Shown here: positions 38,166-48,569 of the stretch, piece by piece
Position numbering within the stretch: the stretch's first letter is position 1
Layout: each line of letters starts with the position of its first letter
Assembly: GCF_030028105.1 (NCBI RefSeq)
Contig: NC_092378.1
Coordinates: forward strand, 80,674,134-80,738,133
DNA length: 64,000 nt
Direction: 5' to 3'
Origin: Mobula birostris
Lineage: Eukaryota
Program-made: the position numbers and the translations under genes
Notes under the pieces: generated by a model
What the model saw: the letters and a program-made list of their open reading frames with translations, nothing else
Told to the model about the DNA's origin: nothing
The model's database searches: none

Positions 38166-40814
38166 GGTTACAAGATCTCCCAACCACGTCAGCTTCCGAG
38201 ATTTAGACGCTCTAACTCTCTGGAGTATGGATAGCTGGCAAGGCCTCTTTCAGGGTTCAGGACAGTACTACTTTTATCTTTTGGGTTCAAGAATTGAGTA
38301 TTGAAAGTGCACCTGAATTGAGGTTCGGTGCTTATTCATAAGCCCTACTAGTGTTATTGTCTGGTGTTTGTTTTTTGCTAAGTTCTCGATCCAGTTTGAA
38401 ACCATGTCTTAATCCTTGCTTTGGATACTCCAGCAATTGGGTTCAAACCATCCTCAAGGACTGGCGTCACAGTACAATTGAGTCAGTATGGACCCAGTGG
38501 GATATCAGAGTCAGCTGTGGCCAATCATTACTATGAGATTTGCAGACATACCCTAGAAATGCACTACCTCCGGGCAGCTGTTTGTCAGCTTTCGCAAGGA
38601 AGAAGCTAGAGTCGCTTGGGAGGGTCAATCAGTCATTCTGCAGAGCCTGTACATCTTCCAACCCTGGAGAGATTTGATGGTGATCCTGTCTCTTGCCATG
38701 GCCTCTTCATCCAATGCGCATTAGTGTTTGAACTCCAGCTGCCCTGGTTCACTTTGGAGCGTGGAAAGATGGCCTTCATCATCTCTGTTCTGACTAGAAG
38801 AACCCTGGCCTAGGCTGCCATGCATTGGGAACAAAGATCAGAGGTTTGCTCAGATTCAGAGGAAATCATTGCCACCTTGAGGAAGGTGTTCCATCATCTT
38901 GCCGGAGCCAGCCAAGCCTTGGACTGCCTGATGAAGATTCAACAGGGATATTGGTCGGCATCGAATTTCAGACCTTGGCCCAAGAGATTGGCTGGAACAA
39001 GGAAGCCTTCGCCACTCTATACTGACACAGACTCTGAGATGAACCGAAGGATGTTTTCACCTTGGGAGAGACAACAGAGGACCTAGATGTTCTGATCAGC
39101 TAGTGCATTTCTCTTGAAAATAATCTGGCAGAGTGAAAGTGGGACCACTTCAGGAGATCGAAGAGAGCCAGTATGAGCCAGGTCCTTTTGCATTGCAATT
39201 CTGCTCCCCAACCTCAGACCATGACCAGCTCAACTCCTGCTCAAGATCTAGTTGAACCCATGCAGGTCGGCCGCACTAGACTCTCGGCTGGTGAGAAGTC
39301 AGGGTCAAGGTTGCTGCTTTTATTGCAGGGAAGCAGGTCACCTGCTAGCCGAATGACCTGGATGAGGAAGTGGCGGGATGGGTTAGTAAATTTGCTGATG
39401 ACACAAAGGTTGGAGGTGTTGTGGATAGCGTGGAGGGCTGTCAGAATTTACAGCGGGACATTGATAGGATGCAAAACTGGGCTGAGAAGTGGCAGATGGA
39501 GTTTAACCCAGATAAGTGTGAGATGGTTCATTTTGGTAGGTCAAGTATGATGGTAGAATATAGTATTAATGGTAAGACTCTTGGCAGTGTGGAGGATCAG
39601 AGGGATCTTGGGTTCCGAGTCTATAGGACGCTCAAAGCAGCTGCGCAGGTTGGCTCTGTGGTTAAGAAGGCGTACGGTGTATTGGCCTTCATCAATTGTG
39701 GAATTGAATTTAGGAGCCGAGAGGTAATGTTGCAGCTATATAGGACCCTGGTCAGATCCCACTTGGAGTACTGTGCTCAGTTCTGGTCACCTCACTACAG
39801 GAAGGATGTGGAAGCCATAGAAAGGGTGCAGAGGAGATTTACAAGGATGCTGCCTGGATTGGGGAGCATGCCTTATGAGAATAGGGTGAGTGAACTTGGC
39901 CTTTTCTCCTTGGAGCGACAGAGGATGAGAGGTGACCTGATAGAGGTGTATAAGATGATGAGAGGCATTGATCGTGTGGATAGTCAGAGGCTTTTCCCCA
40001 GGGCTGAAATAGCTAATATGAGAGGGCACAGTTTTAAAGTGCTTGGAACTAGGTACAGAGGAGATATCAGGGGTAAGGTTTTTACTCAGAGAGTGGTGAG
40101 TGCATGGAATGGGCTGCCAGCAATGGTGGTGGAGGCAGATATGATAGGGTCTTTTAAGAGACTTTTGGATAGGTACATGGAGCTTAGTAAAATAGAGGGC
40201 TATAGGTAAACCTAGTAATTCCTAAGGTAGGGACGCTTGGCACAACTTTGTGGGCCGAAGGGCCTGTATTGTGCTGTAGGTTTTCTATGTTTCTATGAAT
40301 GCCCAAGACTGCAGCCATCGGGAAAACTCCAAAGATCATCCAGTAGTGGGAGGTGACTATTCCCAGTCCTACGGATCCTGGTTTTGTGATGAAGGTGGAG
40401 AACTCCTGGGGTAAGAATCAAAGGCAAGTAGGGCTGTTGTGGACTCTGGGGCAGCACTTAGGAATCAACCATCCGCTCAACATACTGCTGCGAGGATTGA
40501 GCCAGTTCCTGCCCACCACTGTCTTGGACAGCCTCCTGCTAGGTTCTGGGCAGATCCAGCATGAAATTACAGATGATAGGGCATCATGTGGAAGACATTA
40601 GTTTCTGCAACGTTGTCTCACTAGTCATACCCTTGATCCTCGCATACCCTTGGCTGTCGCAGCATATCCCCTTCCGTAAATGGGTAATGCTTTTCTTATC
40701 TTCTTGCATTTGTTGTGCTCAGTTCTCGATCCTGTTTGATACTGTGTCTCGATCCTTGCTTTGAATACTCCAGCAGCTGGTTCCAAACCATCCTCCTCAA
40801 GGACTCTCATCACA
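38166..40814 (+). mobile_element. Ty3/Gypsy (sushi-ichi/PEG10-like) LTR retrotransposon fossil: LTR, gag, protease, partial 3' LTR
   Basis: TSD GGTTT at 38161-38165 and 40815-40819; LTR ends at 38380-38471 and 40720-40814 are similar. Gag motifs LERFDGDP..C..F..QC, EPMQVG and CFYCREAGH; protease AVVDSGAA at ~40433-40456. Confidence 0.85.
39353..40297 (+). mobile_element. Young 5'-truncated CR1 inserted in the Gypsy gag zinc knuckle
   Basis: Uninterrupted ORF 39370-40209 (KFADDTKVGG to the ORF2 stop), TTCTATG tail, and GAATG at both junctions. Confidence 0.95.
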
Positions 40815-40984
40815 GGTTTCAGGCATTTCAGCTTAGAACGGTAGGGAGTGAAAATGAAACAATTTCACCGCTTCATGTTAGGAACTACGAAGAAATTGAA
40901 TTGATACACAATCATCATGAATGTCACAATGAAAATGAAGAATTGGAGGGTGTTTTCATTGAAAACATGAAGGCAGTCTATTAG

Positions 40985-41483
40985 CAGCTACTGAGTGCCT
41001 GTTCATGGTCTTCTGCTGCTGTAGCTCATCCACTTCAAGGCTCGACATGTAGTGCATTTACAGATTCTTTTCTGCAAGTACTGTGATTATTTGAGTTACT
41101 GTCACCTTACTGTCAGCTTGAACCAGTCTGGCTATTCTCCTCTGACCTCTCTCATTAACAAGGCATTTTCACCCACAGAACAGCCACTCACTGGATGCTT
41201 TATGGTTTGTTTTTTTTTTGCACCATTCACTGTAAACTCTGGAGAATGTTGTGTGTGGAAATCCCTGGATATCAAACCATCCCATTTTACATTCAGTCTA
41301 TGATGAGAATCACTTAAATCACATTTCTTCCCTGTTCTGATGATTGGTCTAAACAACAACTGAACCTCTTGACTATATTTGCACACTTTTATGCGTTGAG
41401 TTGCTGCCACATGATTGACTAATTAGGTATTTGCACTAACAAGCAGATGAACGGTGTACCTCATAAAGTGCCCATGGAGTGTA
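40985..41483 (-). mobile_element. Tc1-like transposon deletion derivative (second fragment at ~45845-45940, + strand)
   Basis: Minus strand encodes GKKCDLSD, the start of a fish Tc1 transposase. Terminal GGTGTACCT.ATAAAGTG.CCA..GAGTG followed by TA. Confidence 0.75.
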
Positions 41484-41585
41484 CGTACTTGCATAATAAA
41501 TTTACTTTGACTGTAACTTTATTCAGTTTATCTATTCTTCTGTGGGGTAGAATTGGTTACTGATCACAAACTTTACCCTTTTGGC

Positions 41586-41895
41586 CAGAAGTCCCCAACC
41601 TCCGGGCCACGGACCGATACATTGCCGCGAAGCATGCAGCGGTGCAGCGGTGGCCGGAATGCACACAGCACATCTTTAAGAAAAAAGCTGAAATAAACAA
41701 GCTAATTAATTAGGTGCCGCCCAGCACGTAAATGTCGGCCCAGATCAGAGGTGACGCTGGGCGGCACCTAATTAATTAGCTTGTTTATTTCAGCTTTTTT
41801 CTTAAAGATATGCTGGGTGCAGTCCGGCCACCGTGGTACCCCTGAATGCTTCGGTGGAATGTATCAGTCCACGGCCTGGAGGTTAGGGACCACTG
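41586..41895. mobile_element. Charlie-type hAT MITE, fold-back, 310 bp
   Basis: Perfect 8-bp TSD CTTTTGGC (41578-41585, 41896-41903); TIR CAG..GTCCCCAACCTCC; arms are complementary almost to the centre. Confidence 0.92.
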
Positions 41896-41975
41896 CTTTT
41901 GGCAACTTAAACTCAGGAAGTATTTAATCCACTCTCCAGAGAAGCGGAGTTTGCTTCTGCAACAAAGTGGAAACT

Positions 41976-42480
41976 CTGACCCACAAGGACCCAGCAATGA
42001 TGTACCTGTCTCCCGTGTCTGTGACGCACAATGACCCAGCAATGATGTACCTGTCTCCTGTGTCTGTGACCCACAACGATCCAGCAATGAAGTACCTGTC
42101 TCCCGTGTCTGTGACCCACAACGACCCAGCAATGAAGTACCTGTCTCCCGTGTCTGTGACCCACAACGGCCCAGCAATGATGTACCTGTCTCCCATGTCT
42201 GTGACTCACAATGACCCAGCAATGAAGCACCTGTCTCCCGTGCCTGTGACCCACAACGACCCAACAATGATGTACCTGTCTCCCCTGTCTGTGACCCACA
42301 ATGACCCAGCAATGAAGCACCTGTCTCCCGTGCCTGTGACCCACAACGACCCAACAATGATGTACCTGTCTCCCCTGTCTGTGACCCACAATGACCCAGC
42401 AATGAAATACCTGTTTCCTGTGTCCGTGACCCACAAAGACCCAGTAATGAAGTACCTGTCTCCTGTGTCTGTGACCCACT
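41976..42480. repeat. 45-bp minisatellite, about 11 copies
   Basis: Unit TGTGACCCACAACGACCCAGCAATGAAGTACCTGTCTCCCGTGTC, giving a 15-aa periodicity in the overlapping ORFs. Confidence 0.97.
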
Positions 42481-42807
42481 GCTATTTGTAAGCAGTTTGT
42501 GTGTCCTCCCCATGGCCCCATTGAAAGTTTCCTCCCATACTTCAATGACATATGAGTTAGGTGTCATGTTTGTGGGACTGGGAAACCAGGTTACAGTGAA
42601 TAACACACAAGAGCCGGGGAGGGGAGGAACAAACATGCAGCTGTTTGTTTTACTTGTAAGTCATCTACTCAGAATGCCTTATCACATTATGTTCAGTACA
42701 GAACAAACAACAAAGCCTGACGCCAACTGTAGGGGTCAAAATATACATGAATAGATAACATTAGGGTTTGTAAGTTGTGGGCATGCTACATTGATGCCAG
42801 ACGCCAA

Positions 42808-43174
42808 AGTTCAACCCAGATAAGTGTGAGATGGTTCATGTTGGTGGGTCATATATGATGGCAGAATATAGCATTAATGGTAAGACTCTTGGCAGTGTGG
42901 TGGATCAGAGTGATCTTGGGGTCCGAGCCCATAGGACACTCAAACCTGCTGCGCAGGTTGGCTCTGTGGTTATGATGGCATACGATATATTGTCCTTCAT
43001 CAATCGAGGGATTGAGTTTAAGAGCCGAGAGGTAATGTTACAACTATATAGGACCCTGGTCAGACCCCACTTGGAGTACTGTGCTCAATTCTGGTCACCT
43101 CACTACAGGAAGGATGTAGAAACTATAGTTAGGGTGCAGAGGAGATTTACAAGGATGTTGCCTGGATTGGGGAG
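42808..43174 (+). mobile_element. CR1 RT C-terminal fragment (part of a composite insertion)
   Basis: ORF 42831-43262 matches 39500-39866 until it switches into minisatellite-flank sequence. Confidence 0.9.
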
Positions 43175-43318
43175 GACACACAAACTGCTTATAAATAGCA
43201 GCGGATCACAGACACAGGAGACAGGTATTTCATTGCTGGGTCGTTGTGGGTCACAGACATAGGAGACAGGTACTTCATTGCTGGGTCATTGTGGGTCACG
43301 GACACAGGAGACAGGTAC
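43168..43318 (-). repeat. Inverted copy of the minisatellite right edge and its flank (~42362-42512)
   Basis: TGGGGAGGACACACAAACTGCTTA.AAATAGCAG.GG.TCACAGACAC... is the reverse complement of 42512 reading leftwards, plus about three 45-bp units. Confidence 0.9.
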
Positions 43319-44720
43319 AGAAGCAAAAAGTAGTAAGGTGAAAAGTAAATTGGCAGGCTGGCAAATCCAGGGCAAAAATCAAAAAGGGCCACTTTTCAAC
43401 ATAATTTTATAAGGGCTAAGAGTGTTGTAAAAGCAAGCCTGAAGGCTTTGTGTGTCAATGCAAGCAGCATTCGTAACAATGTGGATGAATTGAATGTGCA
43501 GATAGTTATTAATGAATATGATAAAGTTGGGATCACAGAGACATGGCTCCAGGGTGACCAAGGATGGGAGCTCAACATTCAGGGATATTCAATATTCAGG
43601 AGGGATAGACATGAAAGAAAGGAAGGTGGGGTGGCATTGCTGGTTAGAGTGGAGATTAACGCAATAGAAAGGAAGGACATTAGCTGAGAGGATGTGGAAT
43701 CGATATGGGTAGAGCTCATACGACTAAGAGGCAGAAAACACTGGTGGGAGTTGTGTACAGGCCACCTAACAGTAGTAGTGAGGTTGGGGATGGCATTAAA
43801 CAAGAAGTTAGAAATGTGTGCAATAAAGGAACAGCAGTTATAATGGGTGTACTCAATCTACATATAGATTGGGTGAACCAAATTGGTAAGGATGCTGAGG
43901 AAAAGGATTTCTTGGAGTGTATGCAGGATAGATTTCTGAACCAACATGTCGAGGATCCAACTAGGGAGCAGGCCATTCTGGACTGGGTATTGAGCAATGA
44001 GGAAGGGTTAGTTGGCAATCTAGTCGTGCAAGGCCTCTTGGGTAAGAGTGACCATAATATGGTGGAATTCTTCATTAAGATGGAGAGTGATATAGTTAAT
44101 TCAGAAGCAAAGGTTCTGAACTTAAAGAAGGGTAACTTTGAAGGTATGAGATGTGAATTAGCTAAGATAGACTGGCAAATGATACTTAAAGGGTTGATGG
44201 TGGATATGCAATGGCAAGCATTTAAAGATCGCATGGATGAACTACAACAATTGTTCATCCCAGTTTGGCAAAAGAATAAACCAGGGAAGGTAGTGCACCC
44301 GGGGCTGACAAGAGAAATTAGGGATAGTATCAATTCCAAAGAAGAAACATAGAAATTAGCCAGAAAAAGCGGCACAGCTGAGGACTGGGAGAAATTCAGA
44401 ATCCAGCAGAGGAGGACAAAGGGCTTAATTAGGAAAGGGGAAAAAAATTATGACAGAAAGCTGGCAGGGAACATAAAAACTTACTGTAAAAGCTTTTATA
44501 GATATGTGAAAAGAAAAGATAGGTTAAGACAAATGTAGGTCCCTTACAGTCAGGAACAGGTGAATTGATTATGAGGAACAAGGACATGGTAGACCAATTG
44601 AATAACTACTTTGGTTCTGTCTTCGCTAAGGAGGACATAAATAATCTTCCAGAAATAGTATGGGATTGAGGGTCTAGTGAGATGGAGGAACTGAGGGAAA
44701 TACATGTTAGTAAGGAAGTG
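43319..44720 (+). mobile_element. CR1 ORF2 N-terminal APE endonuclease segment
   Basis: CVNASSIRN..GITETWL, GVVYRPPNS, AILDWVL and SDHN motifs (ORFs 43448-43687 and 43705-44352). Confidence 0.92.
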
Positions 44721-45189
44721 CCTGTATTGTGCTGTAGGTTTTCTATGTTTCTAATACCTGCAGCCTGCCCCAGCAGATCCTCGGAATGTATTGATCATTG
44801 ACACAAACACATTTCACTTTATGTTTTGATATTTCGATGCACATGTGACAGATAAAGCTAATCTTATATAATCAGATGGTTGGATGAGAACATATAAACA
44901 TTACGTGTTATCCACAAATCAAAATGTGACACAGTCTAGTTATACCCAGAGGGTTACGGGAAAGAGTAATGGAAGAACTTCACTGTGCAATTAGGACTTG
45001 CTAGTGTGACAGCAATAACATGTGGCTCTGGAAGTGTTACCCAATGAAATCAATGCCTCCAATGTAATAAGATACAATTCCCACACCACCAGGATCAGGA
45101 ACGTTTCTTACCCTACACCCTTCAGGCTCCTGAATCAGTGTGCATAACTTCACTCACCTCAACATTGAACTGACTCCACAATCCATGGA

Positions 45190-45720
45190 ACACACACACA
45201 CACACACAGATGGTGGTGGAATGTGGCAGGCCAGGCAGCATCTATAGGAAGAGGTACAGTCGACATTTTGGGCCGAGCCCCTTCGTCAGGACTAACTGAA
45301 AGAAGAGATGGTAAGAGATTTTAAAGTAGGAGTGGGAAGGGGAGGGGGAGATCCAAAATGATTGGAGAAGACAGGACGGGGAGGAATGGAGCTAACAGCT
45401 GAAAAGTTGATTGGCAAAAGGGATACCAGGCTGGAGAAGGGAGAGGATCATGGGACAGGAAGCCTAGGGAGAAAGAAAGGGGGAGGGGAGCCCAGAGGAA
45501 GGGACAGAGGGAGAAAAGACAGAAAGAAAGGGGGAAAAATAAACAAATGAGATGAGATAAGAAGGGGAGGAGGGGCATTAACAGAAGTCACCCAGACGAA
45601 ATATAAGGTATTGTTCCTCCAACCTGAGTGTGGCTTCATCTTGACAGTAGAGGAGGCGGTGGATGGACATATGGGAATGGGACGTGGAATTGAAATGTGT
45701 GGCCACTGGGAGATCCTGCA
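45190..45720 (-). mobile_element. Penelope fragment (GIY-YIG tail plus pLTR) with decayed hammerhead at 45257-45294
   Basis: Reverse-complement match to 190-750; core reads CTGACGA..AAAATGTC instead of GAAACGTC. Confidence 0.88.
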
Positions 45721-47834
45721 GGATTTCCCAGTGGACTAAGCCTTGTTGTCATAGAAATGTGTCTGTTGGTAAAAATGGGTTTCATTTTTTGGAAGTTGGT
45801 TTTAGCAATGGCAATTCTTCTTTTTATGATCTTATGGCCTTATAACCATGCAATATAACAGTGGTGTGCAGAAAAGCATTTCTGAACACACAACACATGG
45901 AACCTTGAGGTGGATGAGGTACAGCAGCAGAAGACCAAGACATACACCTAGTGTTTCCTCCAATCACCTTAAAATTAGCCCCCTCATATTAGCAAACCAA
46001 TAAACAAAACTTGCCACAAATCTTCATCATGAATAATTGCAAATGCTATAAACAAAAAAGTAATTTCAAGAATGTTAATAAAATGCAAAATGCCACTTCC
46101 ATTGCAGTTTATAACTTTTTAATAACTAAAGAAAATGTTAAGTGTAAAGTTAGCATTATATTGCATAAACTAATGATTAGTCTTGCCCGAATATTAACTC
46201 CTTCCCTGTTATTGAGATTAAATTGACAAAAGTACAGGTGCCCATGCAACTGAAGGCTTCCATGGTCCAAAGGGTTTGCATAAGCAAGTGTTTGGTGTAA
46301 ATTCTAAAGCAGATGCTTTGAACAAGGAGAGTGACTGTTTTGTAATAACCAGACTGTAGTGAATCTGTGGAATACATTGGCGCAGACCAAAGGCCAGGTC
46401 ACTGGGTATATATTTAAAGCAGAGGTTGATAGGCTTTTGTGTGTCAAAGATTACAGGGTGAACATCGGAGAATGGTGTTGAGAGGGGTAATAAATCAGCC
46501 ATGATGGAATGGTGGAACAGACTCAATGGGACGAATGGCCTAATTCTTCTCTTATGTCTTATGGTCTTATGCCCAGAATATTTCTCTGTTTTGGCTTGGC
46601 ATAGAAAATAATGAAACTGAATCTTGAGGGAGGCACAGGGTCTTACAATCAAATTACTTGAATAAAAGCACAAAATTCCTGACCCATCCAACATAAATAA
46701 TTTATTCAAAAAATGCATGTGAGAAAAACATCTCTGTTTCAAAAAGAATCATAGGTTCTGCTCTAGTAACTGTGCAAACTTCATCATTTGTTTCCTCCTT
46801 GATACTGCCTGTGAGTTCCCATTATTTTGCTTTTTTATTGCAAGCATGTGTAGTTCTGAGAGTGATTCTAGTCAATTTCAGGACATTCTGTGATGTTGCT
46901 GGCAGCGGATTGCAGCTCACACCAATAACAAATATGCTTCAGGTCATTTATAATGCTTCGTTATTTCCTGAAAACCGCACCTAGGTTTGCGTGAATTACT
47001 GTGCTGTCTGGCAGCTAAGGGATTTGAACGAATGGTTGTAATGTAGTTGGAATCCTAATATGAGTGCCACTAAGTATTTTAAGTGGTCCCAGCACACTCA
47101 GATTGTCAGCCATATGGTACTGTTAGACACATTCAAGGATTGATTATATGCACAATGCAAATTGATTTAGTGAGGCTGACAATTGATTAAGAAAATAGCA
47201 TGATGTCAGCAAACAGCCCATAAGGGATATTGTGTACTTGCAAGTAAATACAGCCCACACAAAACTACTAATGGTTTCAGGTGATGTCAAAATCCTCATG
47301 TTTGATGTTCAAATCTCTACCACTCCGGCCAGAAAAATATCCTGGCCAGAGATTCCCAATGAAACATCCTCACTTCCTTCCATTCTCTCCCTCTGAATGC
47401 AAGTTCTAACCTTAAGTAAAAACAAAAAAAACGTATCATCTGGTCAAACAGCATCTGTGGAGAAGAGAACTGAGCTCTGAAGAAAGACTTGTGATGTTAG
47501 CTTTGTTAGCTCTCTACCAATGCTGTCTGACATACTGAATGCTTTTTGAGTCATTTCAGCTTTCCAATATAGATAGTGTTTTGTGTTTGAGCTTCTGATC
47601 CTTGACAGACTGCACACAAGTCCTCAACTTACTTTGCCTCTTGCCTTCCTCCCCACCCAATATGCCCTTACCAACTTTCCAGTAGCCATAATCATGGTCA
47701 GCTGCTTAACTTGGTCACGCCACACACACTTGTGGTATCATTTATTGACAACGACACGTGTGATCAATTCCAAGCATCGCCTGAAAACATACATCTATCT
47801 ACCTTCCCCTAGTCAGCTCAATTTACCTCAGCTA

Positions 47835-48335
47835 TATGTTGAGGCTTTCGAGAGGGTGCAGAAGAGGTTTACCAGGATGCTGCCTGCTATCACGAGAGAC
47901 TGGATAGACTTGGGTTGTTTTCTCTGGAGCAGTGGAGGCTGAGGAGAGATCTGATAGAGTTTTAATAGACTATGAGATGCACACATGGAGTAGACAGAGA
48001 ATATCTGCTTCCCTGAGTTGAAATGTTTAATACCAGAGGGCATGCATTGAAGGTGAGAGGGGGTATGTTCAAAGGGGATGTGAGAGGTAAGGTTTTTGCT
48101 CAGAGACTCGTGGATGCCTGGAATGTGCTGCCTGGTATGGCAGTAGAGGCAAATACATTAGAGGATTTTAAGAGATGCTTAGATAGGCACATGAATATCA
48201 GGAAGATGGAAGGATATGGATATTGTGTAGGTAGGAGAGATTAGTGATTGGGGGGTTTTGATTTATTTTTTAGCCAGTTGGCACAACATTGTGGGCCAAA
48301 GGGCCTTTGCTAGTGCTATACTGTTCTATGTTCTA
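47835..48335 (+). mobile_element. CR1 3' end, decayed
   Basis: VEAFERVQKRFTRMLP; ORF 48023-48244 TRGHALKVRGG..AWNVLP; TTCTATGTTCTA tail. Confidence 0.88.
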
Positions 48336-48569
48336 GGATCTATAATAAAAATGGATAATACCAGAAACACTCAGCAAGTCAGGCAGCATCTGTGGAGAAA
48401 AAAATAGACTTTATGTTTCAGAAGACAAGACTCTCAGTCAAACTGAGTTGCTTCTTTGTTCTCATATTCTACTTAGGAATCTTCAACATCTTTTCTTTTC
48501 CACAGATGCTACCTGACCAGATAAGTGCTTCCAGCTGTTTCTGTCTTTATTGTATATTCTGTGGCTGCA

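Larger units (their letters stand above)
37830..40980 (+). mobile_element. Tigger/pogo-like DNA transposon remnant split by the Gypsy element
   Basis: ATTCAGAACTGTTTTGCT (IQNCFA, a Tigger C-terminal-like motif) just before 38161, with an acidic continuation (ENETISPL..NYEEIE..NENEELE) after 40819. Confidence 0.55.

Noticed and set aside
43716-44375. Long antisense ORFs over CR1/Rex elements (also 59104-59496, 59915-60244)
   Set aside because: Shadow ORFs opposite LINE ORF2 with no independent motifs.
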